Positions 1 through 13,385 are shown, numbered from the stretch's first letter. The stretch is 64,000 nt of DNA from Haliotis cracherodii (GCF_022045235.1 NW_027266265.1:29202001-29266000), one strand, 5' to 3'. The notes: a model not told the origin generated them from the sequence alone. Program-made: numbers and translations.

Positions 1-2146
1 CTTGCGTTGTGGAGGCGCCATCATCGACGACAGGCACATCATCAGTGCAGCTCACTGCCTCATGTTAGTATAGCTTCTTTGGCTTTTATTTTCTCGAATG
101 AGTGGGTGAATGAGTGATTAAATATGCTTTCAGGGGAGAAGTATGACGTCGGTGGATACCTTAACTGGACGTCACAACTGTGTCCATTTGAGTAATCGAC
201 CCAACAACGCCTTAACCACCAGGCTACATTTGTATGCCAAATATGTAAAGAATGTTATTTTCAGTTACATTTGGACCAACAAATACCATTTAGACTATGA
301 GATAGTCTGATATGACAGCTTGATATTTAAACAGACTGTAACACGCTTGGTGAATGATGTGATTCAACGCCACGTATAAAAGTATCTTATTTATATACAT
401 GTAACAGATGTACAAACCATTTAGCAAATCGCTGATACTTGTTGGTATGATTTATGAAGAAATGTGAATGTGCTTCGCGCACAACTTCATATCACATTCA
501 AGTGTTGGTATCCAAGAATGGAATTATATATGATAGATATCAATTATATAGTGTACAGAGAAAACATATACATGTTTTATTTTCACATAGGGGAATAAGG
601 AATGCCAAAGATGTAATTGTGGGGCTCGGATCCTCAGACAGACGCCGAACGCGAAATGCAACAGTATCAGCCTTCAGCATGCATCCAGAGCATTGGTCAG
701 GTGTGTGAGAAATATTCTCCCATGTGCATGTATCAATATTTTATTCCACTTGTTGAGTTGACTAAAATGTTTACATTTCTGTAAACTGAATACCTCCCTG
801 TTACTGAATACCTCCCGTTTCAAGTCGAATAGGATAAAGTACATATGTAAAAGTATATCTTCTGAAAATAGACTTAGCCAATCACAATTCTTAGTGTTGT
901 AAAAGCCCTCTGAATGTCACCAGTGAGTTATCAACCATCAAGCATGGCTTCATTATAAAAAACAAATATCCATCTATACCTTTATGTTAGAATAAGAAGC
1001 CGTCTCTTTGAAAATCTTCATGTGAACAATCAATATCATGGTTTTTTTCAGATGTCAACGATATTGTAATTTTAAGACTAAAAGAACCAATCAAGTTTAG
1101 CAAATGCATACGTCCGATTTGCCTTCCACCTCAAGACCATCAGTACAAACCCATGCAGAAATGCATTGTTGCTGGGTGGGGACTTACATCAGGTGAGTGT
1201 CATACCAAGCGAGAATTTTCCGTTTATGTAAAGCAATATACTTCCAGATCCAACTTCAGACGTCTACAAGTATAAATTGCTTAGATACTTTAGAGCGTGT
1301 ACAAAGTTATTCAAAGTTCACGGAACACTCATTCCTTGTTAATAATTGTGAAAGATTTGTCAAGGATAAAGGTCTGTATAAAAATCCAAACGACAAACAT
1401 CAAGTCTTTGAATGGCATTTAGAACATACTGCCCACTTAGGAATTGACTACAGACAGCTTGTTTTCATTTACCGTTCATAAGACATACAATCATTTTCAC
1501 TTAAAGGATAAATAAAAAAAATATTTTGCACCCCAATCCCTTTTTGTTGTCAAACCTAAGGCATTAACTTTCTTTTGTAACAAAGGCACTTTCTTGAACA
1601 ATGTTTCAGTGATCATATTGCGGCGTGTCAGCTTGATGTGGGGAACTTTAAACACTCCAAACTATCAAGCTGTGAATGTTCCAATACGTGTGTTTATTGC
1701 CTTGTGTTGCCACCACGAGATGTGTTCTTCATGCTAAAAGTAACGGTTATAACATGTGGCATGATGTTGCAGAGACGAGGCTGTTCCAGCCGTTCCAGCT
1801 ACAGAAGGTCAAAGTACCGCTGGTGGAGTGGGAGACGTGCCAGACGGCGTACAACATGGTGGACACACAGCTCTGCGCCGGATACTTCGACAAAGGAGGA
1901 AAAGATTCGTGTAATGTACGTTGTTTATGTTGTCAGATGCAGAAATGCATGACATCTATATATATATCATCACACAGTCAGGAGAGGTTATTGTCAGAGT
2001 ACATGGCAGACAAAAGTAATAATAAAATGATAAACGGTAATTGCGATCACAGTGTTGTTTATTCTGTCTTATTTGTGCACAGCGGAAGGTTGATGTGTGG
2101 GTTTTGCTAATAAAATAGAATAAGCTTTTAAACGTACAAATTATAT

Positions 2147-2201
<55 letters not shown>

Positions 2202-2262
2202 GCTAATGTCTCTACCACTAGTACTACTGCTGCTGCTGCTGGTTCTACTACTGGTCCTATTG

Positions 2263-2304
<42 letters not shown>

Positions 2305-2547
2305 TTACTACCACATTGCAATTTTGTCAAACCGATCCGCTAAGAAATACTTCTTTTTTTTCTTTTTCAGACTGATTCCGGCGGTCCTCTGATTTGCGAC
2401 TACAACAACCAATGGACTCTTATTGGAGTTGTGTCTAGTGGTGTTGGTTGTGCTCGGCCCATGTTTCCTGGAAAATATACAAGAGTGTCCAAATATATCG
2501 CTTGGATTGACTATGTAACGTCAGTGAGGAAGCCTTATCACTACTAA
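1..2547 (+). CDS. G1: trypsin-like S1A serine protease, 5'-partial, triad intact
   Basis: Exons <1-63, 591-700, 1052-1192, 1773-1915, 2371-2547, all GT-AG and in frame. Motifs [17 protein letters not shown] (His57), NDIVIL (Asp102), PICLP, AGWG, GGKDSCN/TDSGGP (Asp189, Thr193, Ser195), [18 protein letters not shown]. Stop TAA 2545-2547. Confidence 0.93.
2143..2311. repeat. (CTA)n/(CTG)n microsatellite in last intron of G1
   Basis: Long runs of ctactacta; source of the poly-Ser minus-strand ORF. Confidence 0.95.
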
Positions 2548-2568
2548 CGGACACGGGATGAGCAACAG

Positions 2569-2574
2569 AATAAA
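2569..2574 (+). terminator. Polyadenylation signal of G1
   Basis: AATAAA about 20 nt after the stop codon. Confidence 0.6.
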
Positions 2575-2643
2575 CACTTGCAATACCGTCTTCTTGGAAT
2601 GCTTTTCTTCCATGTAGTTTTTTATATAAGTAGAAGGAGAAGG

Positions 2644-2895
2644 ATGTGGGTGTAGGTGTGGGTGTAGGTGTAGGTGTGGGTGTGGATGGGTGTGGATGTA
2701 GTTGGATGTGGTTGTGGGTGTGGGTGTGGGGGTGAGGGTGTGAGGATGGGATGGGGATGTGGATGGGGTTGTGGTTATGGTTGTGGGGATGTGGGGATTT
2801 GGGAATGGGGATGGGGAGGTGATGTTGGTGCGGGGATGAGGATGGGGTGGGTGTGGTTGTGGGAAGATGGGGATGGGGATGGGGATGAGGATGGG
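2644..2895. repeat. G-rich hexamer simple repeat (GGTGTG/GGGATG)n
   Basis: Degenerate hexamer tandem array downstream of G1. Confidence 0.9.
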
Positions 2896-2994
2896 AACGT
2901 CTGTAGGCTATGTGATGAAGAATGCTGGATGGTTGGAAGAAAAGAAATCAATGCATACAATGATACTGACATAACTATAAAGTGATGGTCAAAA

Positions 2995-3375
2995 GATGTA
3001 TACCGAGTTTGTTTTTCATGTAATTGAAAATGGAAAGAATTGCTGTTAAATTTGATTATGTCTCTTTATCCATCATTCATTCCTGCAACAGTGTGTAAAA
3101 GGTAATCTGTGGCTGGGTAAGTTTGTGTAAAAATAAACTGGTTTAATGAAGACTGGGGTAAGAAATAAATTTGCAACCACATAACCCCTTACATGTTTGA
3201 AATGTAAATTTGTACTGTAAAATGCAAATTTATATTCAAAGATAAGATGACTAAGATACTCATAAGCAGTTGTGTATTATGCGAAATGCGAAATTCTTTA
3301 ATGTATAAAAGTCTTCAATCTAAATTTATGTTTTAAAAATAAAACCATGTAGAAGTATTCTTTGAGTGCTGACAG
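2995..3375. repeat. Dispersed repeat, second copy at about 16878-17232
   Basis: Shared blocks gtataccga..taattgaaaa..gttaaatttgattatgtct..ctgtggctgggtaagtttgtg..accatgtagaag..tttgagtgctgac. Confidence 0.8.
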
Positions 3376-4417
3376 TTTATTTTTAACAGAAATTAACAGG
3401 AAAATAAGTGCTGTAACGAGGTAACTGTCATAAGGATGTGGAATTAAGTAATATTCACTCAAAATTTCCCCCTGCAACCTGATTTTCATATACCGAATGG
3501 TGTGAATGGTGGGAGTTGAGCTTGTTTGAATTTCAAGTCGTGTCAGCTATAGATTGCAGACCTAAGCTCTACATTGAATAACTTTGCTATTTGAGAAGGA
3601 AAAATATTGATATTTACGATTGTGATTATTCACTTATTTGTGCTGACCTGGCATAAATAACAGAAGAAGCAGGATAATTAGAATCACACCATTGTCCTAT
3701 ATATCCAACTGGTTGCACATCATGCACATTGTGTGACTAATATATGTGTATTTGTATAGGAACACTAGCCAAGCAGATAACAATACTCTCCAGGTCACGA
3801 TCATGGATAGTGAAGTATATAAACTTTGGTAAGCTTGTAAAAACAGCTATTTATTAGTCGCAGGTGGACTTATTTTACATATTAATTTTTTTTAAAGCTA
3901 ATGAAAGAAAATGCTGAACAAGAGACAAAGGTTTTTCAATGATAATACATTTAATGTAAAACTCGCAGCTCGATACATGGAGTAAAAGTAGAATTTGCCG
4001 TAAATGTTACAACTTCTTTATAAAATACGTTGGCATTCCCAACATACTATGCAGTTAATGATATTAATCATTACGTCAAGGTTACATTTTCTAACGGTAT
4101 GTTATCGTGATTAGAAAAGGTACACCATGTACCGGGAATGTTTTGCACTCATAAAATGTATTTAGGATGTTTATGTATGTCCACATAACCACCACAATTC
4201 AACACACACATAGACACATACATACCTACTTAGACGCACATACACAAAGTTTAACATAGATACACACGCACATTCATAGACACATACACACACAACACAA
4301 CACACACATAATGTATATAGACAAACACACAGACGACACATTCAGAAACACATACCATTTTTTTTACCTATTCATGCTTTATTGCCTAAGGGCTTGCCTT
4401 TGCGAAAGGTTTCGGAG

Positions 4418-4660
4418 GTTTGTTTGTTTGTTAGTGTGTTGTTAAACGCCGCAATATTACAGCAATATGACGGCGGTCTGTAAATAATCGAGTCTGGACC
4501 AGACAATCCAGTGATTGACATCATGAGCATCGATCCACGCAATTGGAATACGAGGGTATGCATCAACCAAGTCAGCGAGTCTGACCACCCTATCTCGTTA
4601 GTCGCCTCTTACGACAAGCATAGTCGCCTTTTACCTATTCTAACCCGGATCTTCACGGGT
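4418..4660 (-). mobile_element. SINE-like family A copy (others: 12446-12705, 19208-19460, 30994-31212 minus; 25760-26016, 55965-56130, 57197-57440 plus; partials)
   Basis: About 250-nt repeat with core tcgagtctggaccagacaatccagtgatt..ttagtcgcctcttacgacaagc..cctattctaacccggatcttcacggg and an (AAAC)n tail. Confidence 0.85.
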
Positions 4661-5569
4661 CGGTTTCACAGATGGAGCAGGATAGACTCACCTTTTCACA
4701 AACACCTGTAATCTTTCCTGATTGTTTACACACCACCGCCGAATGGCAGGAGCACTGGCGTAAGGCGTCAGGCAACAAATACTTACTTATATGCACATTG
4801 TGTGAGTGGCGGGTGCTACCGGCAGGGCAGGACATGCTCAACCTTTTCGTATCATCATGCATATCATCGCATCCAAATCGGGGAGATCGATGTTCATGAT
4901 GTCAGTCAATGGACTGTCTAGTCCAGACTCGATCAGTTACAGATGGTCGTCAAATAGCTTGGATATTACTGCGTGCTGCGTTAAATAACCAAAAGAAATT
5001 CAGAAGCGAATAAGATGTCAATTGACACTAAATCCGCATTATATCATCTCGACCTAATACACAGACGCTAGAGCAACTAAAGTATACATGTAAATGTATA
5101 TTGAAATAAAAGCGTCAAAAAGGAATGTGCCCTACTGTGTTAAACGCTTTAATGCTTGAGTTTGTGATATGATCACGTTTGTGAAATTCAGCTATATTTT
5201 CATAATAACCTGAATTACACTACTGTCCAGTCACAGTGATAAACATCCTTTCTTCTGGAGTCGCTTCAACATTGAAATATTTCGATAGTGACATCATACA
5301 TTGATGACCACAAAACAGCCAAACATCCTGTTGTTTATCGAGCACACACCTGTTTGACCTTGATGTAGTGTACCTATTGTAGTAACACTTTTGTCCTTGT
5401 TCATCTCAACGTCTTTGAATACAAAATGTTGTCACACAAAGTCTCAAATAATCGTTGTTCAATGGTCCATACTATCATCGTTATTTTAAAAGTTGTTTAT
5501 AATATAAGCTTTATTTATTTCCGAATAAAACCGTTTGCTAAGTTAGCTGTCTTCATTTGAAGTAAAGTC

Positions 5570-8500
5570 ATGGGTTGGTGTGAGGGAATTCGCGTCCGGA
5601 GTCTCTGGTGGCGAATTTTTGTGTTTACTCTCTGCTTGTTGACATTTATGTGTGGGAGCCACGGTCAAACACGTAAGTTGGTGACGAATGTTGTGCAGGC
5701 AGGATTGACTATTTTTCTTAAGATTAATTGTGTCAGATAAATTTATACAATTATTTACCTTTGAATAGTAACACACTACCTTGTGACATGCATGTTACTG
5801 ATGTTTGAATTGATATGAAGACACAGTAATTGTATACTATTCAAAAGCAAAGGATCATCCGATTATTTCATATTACTATAGATGTATACATGGTATGATG
5901 ATTAAGTGTACATTATAACATTATTTACTGTAGTTATATGGAAATATCGGGTGGTCCTTAAATTCTTTGAGAAATATAATCGTATTACTTATTTGCATGG
6001 TTAAGTACTGGTAAACATAGGACAATAAATCAAAAGTGTGACTTCGTTGATAATAATACGGATAGTGAATACCGAAGAAACAGGTGTCAGCAATCTCACT
6101 TCACATAAGAAAAATATAGTATTTTTGGATTAGTCTTAAAACGGCTCAAGTAATTATACAAAGAGCTCAAAACAGTTCTTCTTTGGAACTGAATATGACA
6201 GTGTTCAGCCTGGTTATGTCATTCCAGATATCTTATAGTAGACATTCAGAGGAATTTACTAGAAAGGTCACACCGCTTGTCAACATGATGAGCAATGCTT
6301 TCTCATATTTTGTGACCTGTAATGGAGTTTTCACATCTCTTTATTTGCTGGAACCTTTTTGATTATGTGAGTGGCGGGTGTTACCGCTAAAGCAGAACAT
6401 GCATACCCTCTTCGCTAACACCTGGTGTCATCATTGTGTTTCACTATAATAAAATGTCGTAATATTTTTTTTCCTTTTGCGCCCAATATTCTAGATGCCT
6501 GTGTTCCTAATTCACGCTATACTAAACATTTTTATAAATAAATATATAAATTTTGTTTAAAGGGGGTTTAGGCTCGATAAATTTGCAATCCCATCAATTT
6601 TTCCTTTAACAACCCTTCAATGGTCTGCTTGTTCAAATTGTACAGTGATTTATTATTATTCATAATGTTTAGAGCTTTCCATAAATGAGCTGTGGCGCTA
6701 TGGGCACCTTGTATGATATATATTATTGATTTGTTGACACAAATACACTGACGTCTTTGCAATATTCGTTATATTGGGAAGTTCCATCCCTGATTGGTAT
6801 ATTTCATGACATAGGCAGATGTGGAGAGCACTGTCCGTACTTCCGCCAATGTTTCCCCACATCCCAGGTGTGCCAGCTACTCTACAGATACTGTCAATGT
6901 GGGCGCCCACCTTCCGGTAAAACAGCCTCATGCACGTTCACATTTACATAAACAATAGATCTATCACGTAAAATTGTACTGTTTATGTCATGTATGCTAG
7001 CTACATCTACCTGTTTATTGTGATTTCTGAGGCATGATATTGAGCTTTCAAGTTTATATGATCCATACGAAGTTAAAGACATGTATTTTACTTTACGTTT
7101 TGATAAAGAAAGAAATGCGACGTGACATCATGCAGAAGTATTGACTTCCTCTTCCTTTAATGACATTGTATTTTATAAGTCATTTGATCTATTACATAAG
7201 TACGACCTCCTCCAAGGACAACCACGACTACCGTTCCCTTTTTAACTGTGAAAGGTAACATGGCATTTATCATAATATAAAAGATACCTGTACAATTAAA
7301 TATTTTTGAAAATAAACCATAACACGTATGCATCTGGTACTCATAATTGTATGTAAAGGGGGATCAGCGTTAGCAAATGTTTATTTGTACTATGGGCATT
7401 ACATTTTTCAAGATAAAGTCAGCACACTGAAACCTCGTTTATCCGGACGGTCCTCTTCCCAGTAAAATGGTAAGGATTAAAACATTTCCGGATTAACGAA
7501 TCAGTGGTTCAGAGTAATATTCTTCGGATTTATGTTGTCGTTACAAACAGTAACGTTCTGATTTCGGGGTTTCCTGGTTCAGCGAGGTTTCGGGAAACTT
7601 TAATGTTGATGCATATAAAACAATTTTGTCGTACAGTTATTATTTCATATGTCCATTGTATGCACAAAAATACAACATCAAGCATTTGTGTGTGTGTCAG
7701 CACTAAAAACGTCTGATTACTTATTTATTTGGCCTGTCGCCATGAAAACTTTGTACGTACAGTATTTGTGTTTTTTCATATACTTAACTCAGATCTTTGT
7801 ATGACATACTTCCTTAACAAGGACATTCATTTCTAGACTGTGGTGTGAGCTCCATAACCGGCCCGGCCCAGATGTACGTGGCATCTAGCCGTATCGTGGG
7901 AGGGGATGCGTCTGCAGAGTGTCAGTTTCCATGGATGGCTGTAGTGGGAACCAGAAGCAGCCTGTGCGGTGGCAGCATCATCGACGACAGACACGTCCTC
8001 ACTGCTGCTCACTGTGTCGTGTACGTTGTGTGTATGGTTGGTCAGTGAGGTTTTACGCCACTTTAGCAATATTCCAGCAATATAACGGCGGAAGAGTTCT
8101 GACAATATACTCATTTGGGGATTTGAACCCAGGCCTTTTGACGTGACGAGTAAACGCTATAAGACAAGGTCTTATAATCAAGTAAGCTACAGATATGCAT
8201 ATTATTGCAACACGCAGTTGTGCTGTTCTAAGTTGAAGATAAACGTAATATTGAAATGTGTTTTAGAATTTACATTAACTTTATGTGTGTTCAAGTCCAA
8301 ACCTGTATGGAATGAGGGTCTAAATGTACGATGTGTCTAAGTGATAATGACCGCCTCTGTGGTCTAGTGGTAGAGCGTCCGCCAGGAGAGCGAAAGGTCC
8401 GGGATTCGAACACCGGCCACGTCATACCAAAAGACGTTAAAAGATGGTACATGTTGTTACCCTGACTGGCGCTCGGCATTAATGGGCTGAAACAAGGACT

Positions 8501-11016
8501 GGTCGGCTCGGATTCAATATACTGTGTCTCAGTAGGGTATTCATGTTAAACTGCGGCATGGTATCTCAGTGAGTTAGCACTATAAATCGGCATCAGTCCA
8601 GACTAGTACAAGCAGCCACACACACACGTACATTCACGTCGCTATATAAGTGCAATAATCTGGGACGCGACGTAAAACCCCATGTCACCAGTGATAATAA
8701 ACAAATGTTATAGTTTTGTGTTTACTCATCCCCAGCGGTTACCTCAAGAATTAATCCGCAGTGTTTACGCCACATCTGGAAAACTGTCTCGTGAAAATCG
8801 TATCAACGCCAAAAGATGTCGTTCATACTCCTCTGCACGTCAGTTTCGCGGTGGTGTGACCGATCTCTCGTTCTGAGAACGTCTTACTTCATGATAAAAT
8901 ATTATTTAAAACATCCTTCAACGGGTACATACATCAACGAATGTCATGTTTCTGTGTATTTTAGAAGACGAAATGTTGTGGTAAACCCAAGACTGTTGAC
9001 TATAGGAGTTGGGTCTTCCCGTCGGAACAGAGCAAGACGATTTCGTGTCTCTCAAGTCACGGTCCATCCACAGTACCGAAGCAGTAGTTTCTGTAAGTGA
9101 TGAGATTCAACTTCATCAACCGGCCAAATACGGAGCTTAGATAATGCTTCAAAAAGTAGTGTTCCAGCATTATCACGATGGGTTTGAAACCCAAGTCTTT
9201 TGTTTGACGAGCCACGGTGCATCCTCGTAATGAAGCAGTCGTTCCAGTAAATATAAGTGACACAACTCTTTCCATGATCATAAAAAATATATATTGTATA
9301 ATACTGACCAAACATAATCATGTGTCTGTGGTCCACTTGCAAAAAGTGATGGTGTACCTCATGGATGACACTCGTCACAAAAATATGCAAATGCAAGGGA
9401 AGTATTTACGATAAAACAAACGCCATACTAAGGAATTGAATTCTGTAACCCTGATCAAATTTAAACAACTTAACGCATTATACTCATGTGGGGAATAGAC
9501 GAATGAATATATATATATATATTTATATATATGACTGAGGGGGTTTGATTACTGCAGATTTGAACAGTGTATAAACAGCGTGTTTGGTTGACATTGACAG
9601 ACAGAAAACTATTTTCGAGACGAACCCAAGATCAGTGGTACCTGGCTTGGCTAGTGATGCAACAATGCATAGAAATGTACGTCGCCTTGGCCAACTGGTT
9701 GAAATTGGCACCCATATAGTCATTCCTGTGTATTTCAGCTAACGACGTTGCCGTCATCACGTTGAGAAGGAGGTTGCAATGGTCGCAGTGTGTTCGCCCC
9801 GTCTGTCTCCCCGACCAACTCGACACTGCTCTTGTTGGGCAAATATGTGTTGCTGCCGGATGGGGACTCACAAATGGTAATACTATATGTATAAATATGT
9901 CAATACATCAGTTATTGCTTATCTAACGTGTTTACGCTTTAAACAGTACTTCAAAACTAACTATGTATCACAATCAAACCGCGAACCATCCGGTATCCAA
10001 ATGCGAGTCGATCGCGATCCGAACGCGAATCGAACGCGAACCGTACCGATCCGATCGCAGCTACATGTACATGACGTTGTATAAGACACCCAAAATCTTT
10101 CGATCGCCATCGGATAACGATCGATGGAACGTTAGTTTTTAAGTGTCACTTTGTATGAGAATCGCTTTGATCTTCCTAATATCAAAATGTTTGATTTTAT
10201 CTCTATTAATTTCAGAGAAAAACTCACGGGCCGAGAATAATCTCCGGAGCGTCAAAGTGCCAATAGTGAGCAGTGGTACATGCAGAAGGATATATGGATC
10301 CCGAAACTTTGACACAAACAACATCTGTGCTGGTGACGTTAGAGCCGGAGGCATTGACTCTTGTCGGGTACTTAATATCTATTAATGTGAAATAATGAAT
10401 ACATGTATCAAATAGTGTATTTAAAAAAGCAAGTGGGTGAGTTTGATTTAACGTCGCTTTAACAGTATTTCCGTTTCACGGCGTGCCAGCTTGATGCTGG
10501 GGGGAAGCCCAACCCTTTGGTGAGGTCGAACCCATGTGTCAGTTGGTACCGAGAAATCTAGAATCTGGAATTCGAACCAACAATATAATAATTTTTCTGG
10601 CATAGTTCGGCACAGCAAATTGCGGCGCATCAGGCGACTGGGCAGCCTGTGCTACCACTGCAAAAGAAGGAAATGTGTGGGGAAGATGGCACACAATCTT
10701 TTAACTTTGTGATGAGTGTTTTATTCCCAGCTTAAAGGCCCATTATGCTCTATTTGGAGTATGAGGAAACTGTCTTCGTATGCTGAAAACAATGTACGAT
10801 AACGATGCGCGGATAATTGTTACATCCCATTTTACATTTTGATTTTGCTTCATTATCTAGGGAGACTCCGGAGGCCCTTTGATGTGTAGTTCCGGCACCC
10901 AGTGGAAAGTAATGGGCATCGTTTCTTTCGGAAGAGGGTGTGGACGGCGAAGGGCACCGGGGGTCTACGCCTTCGTTCCCCCCTACGTCTCATGGATAAA
11001 TAGCGTCAGGTCATGA
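5570..11016 (+). CDS. G2: secreted, strongly cationic trypsin-like serine protease zymogen with N-terminal six-Cys module and Thr/Pro linker (about 338 aa)
   Basis: Exons 5570-5672 (signal MGWCEGIRVRSLWWRIFVFTLCLLTFMCGSHG/QT), 6815-6916 (CGEHCPYFRQCFPTSQVCQLLYRYCQC), 7201-7254 (RPPPRTTTTT), 7837-8020 (DCG..SSR/IVGG..TAAHC), 8965-9092, 9739-9876 (NDVAV, GWG), 10216-10367 (GIDSCR), 10861-11016 (GDSGGP, VSFG, PGVY). Total 1017 nt, in frame. The three N-terminal exons are less certain than the protease exons. Confidence 0.9.
7423..7597. mobile_element. Degenerate MITE (pogo/Tigger-like termini)
   Basis: Left cactgaaacctcgtttatccggac and right ..cagcgaggtttc form an imperfect inverted repeat; related relics near 24060-24200 and 49915-50092. 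Confidence 0.4.
8350..8690 (+). mobile_element. tRNA-head SINE family B (Meta/MESC-like core); other copies 26182-26410, 34450-34805, 41668-41931, 43046-43326 (minus)
   Basis: A-box tggtctagtgg, B-box ggattcgaacacc, core gtcataccaaaagacgttaaaagatggtac..gctcggcattaa, (CA)n, 3' tail cgtaaaacccc. Core assignment is from memory of MetaSINE/MESC domains. Confidence 0.75.
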
Positions 11017-11169
11017 TTGGCAGCAGCATCGTTATCGTCATGAACAAAACCATTTTCAACTCTTTACAGGTTGGGGTGACATCATTTCAAAAGGTCTCTA
11101 TCTACATGTAAAACGCAATGACATTATATGTAGAAATAAAATGGCATGATTGTATTCCTGGCTTGTTAG

Positions 11170-11515
11170 GAAGCATGTAATGACACTAGTCCATATGTCA
11201 CTAGGCATTGACAATGTATTGGCACAGGTCCATAGTTTGTTAATCATAGCAAGTGTAAATACACTTACCCATAGCTTATTAAGCAATACAAATGTTATTG
11301 CACTGGTCCATTGTTCATTAAACATAGGAAAATGACACTGGTCCATAGCTCATTAATCATTGCAAGTGTAATAGCACTGGTCCGTAGTTATTAAGCATAC
11401 CAAATGTAATGGCACTGTTCATTGAACGGAGCAAATGTAATCACACTGTTCCATATATTGATAAGCGCACCAAATGCAATGACATTGGCCCATAGGTCAT
11501 TACGTATAGAAAATA
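11170..11515. repeat. Degenerate about 39-bp minisatellite 3' of G2
   Basis: About 9 units of aatgtaatgacactggtccatagcttattaagcatagca-like sequence. Confidence 0.8.
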
Positions 11516-11879
11516 CAAAGGCTCTGAATGATTGACTATTGATTAGGGAACACAACTCATTGTTATCCCTTAAAAACGATATCATAGTTTGTCTGTTTTT
11601 ATAAAATACATGTACAGCATTATACTAATAAAATTTGCGAATAAAAGCTCTGACAACAAATAATTAATTTGTTTACGTTTTTCTGAATATTGTAACATCA
11701 TATCAGTTATTCAGCTATATCACGTCTGTGAATAATCGAGACTAATCAGCGGCGGATAGTAGGCACAACGACCCCCGCAATCTGGGAACGCTGACACACA
11801 GACAGCTGACAATTGTCATCATCGGATTTTCAGTTTTATCTACACCTACATGACACGAGGGTGGGGTTGGGGGGTTGGA

Positions 11880-12120
11880 GGACTCGGGTTGCCAAGTCGT
11901 CTAAGGTGGCGCAAGTTCGCTGTGGAGAGTTGCTACCAAAAACTAATGCTCGTTGGTTCTTATCCCGGTTCGTCCTGATTATGTTTGTCAGCATCATACC
12001 CGTGCTCGTGAGTTTCACCAAATGGTAAATGTCTAATACCTAGATCACTTCTGGCTTTCCCCCTAACACCAAGCTGACACGCTATGATATAACAGCAATA
12101 CCGTTAAAAGCGGCGCTAAC
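11880..12120 (+). mobile_element. tRNA(Leu)-like-head SINE family C copy
   Basis: Matches the fuller copies at 52206-52474 and 55033-55317. Confidence 0.75.
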
Positions 12121-13340
12121 AATTTTTTAATTCCATTTCATATTTGTTTATTTAAATAACTGCAAGCTGAAGACACAGGTTATGCTTATAAAGCTACTCC
12201 CAAGGGTGGCAACTCTCCACAGCGAACCCGCAGCGCCTTAGACGACTTGGCAAACCGTGCTCCCCAACCCAACCCAACCCAACCCACCCACCGTTCACAG
12301 CGGCGCTAAAAATGTTAAAATTCCATATTATCCTTGTTCATTCACATAACTGAAAGCTGAAGACACAGGTTATGCTTATAAAGGTGCAGATGAGGATGCA
12401 AAACGTCACCAGCCGAAGAAAGGATAAAGAAAGTAGGCTGTACGGTTGTTTGTTGGTTGATTGGTTGGTTGGTTTGTTGTTTAACGCCGCACTCGGCAAT
12501 ATTCCAGCTATATGACGGTGGTCTGTAAATAATCGAGTCTGGAGTGGACAATGCAGTGATTAATATCATCAGCATCGATCCACGCAATTGGGATCCATTA
12601 CATGCATCAACCTAGACAGCGAGCCTGACCACCCGATCCCGTTAGTCGCCTTTTACGACAAGCGTTGGTTGCTGAAGACCTATTCTACCCCGGAATCTTC
12701 AGTGGTCCTGTACGGTTGAAGCCACCTCCATGCCGACATGAATGAGTTGTTGGAACCACCTGTGCAACGACAATATATATAATACTAGTAAAATTCCTGA
12801 AATACACAACATAAGGCCAGGTTTACCTTAACCTTCTACGTACTCCTTGAAGAGACATATATCAAGGTTTAGGGTTGAAACAGAGCATTGCGATATTTGC
12901 TTTGCGATATTTACTTTGAAGTGAATTTGCAGCATGTACATGCACACTTTTAACGTCAACACACTGAAGCTTGCATGCATGTCACACCCAGCAAACCTCA
13001 CAGGAGATTTGTTATTTTGCACCTTCATGTCGCAATTTGAACCTTATTTTCACAAATTTGTATTTGAAAGACCTGGGGTAATCCAGTTTAAGCACCATCT
13101 TCTTTAGGTTGCCCGCCTAATCACAGCGTTAGTGAGAGTTTGTAATTCACAACGATGTGTAAATAAAAGTGTGAAATGACGAGAATGTTGTTGTAAATCC
13201 AGTACGTTAAGTAGGTATATTAAAAAAACATCCTTTGAACAAAGCACAGTGCTTTTAACAGTCCCTGCCTCACAATACCGTTCTTCAGGACGCCTTTAGT
13301 TCAAATATTTGAACATAAAAGTCATCAGTTAAAGGTACCA

Positions 13341-13346
13341 TATAAA
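13341..13346 (+). promoter_or_regulatory. Probable TATA box of G3
   Basis: TATAAA 45 nt before ATG 13386; paralog G4 has TATAAA 46 nt before its ATG. Confidence 0.6.
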
Positions 13347-13385
13347 GGAGCTTAGGTACACAATTAACCTATGCCCAAGATCAGC

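Noticed and set aside
1956-2985. Poly-Ser and Gly/Trp-rich ORFs
   Set aside because: Translations of simple repeats.
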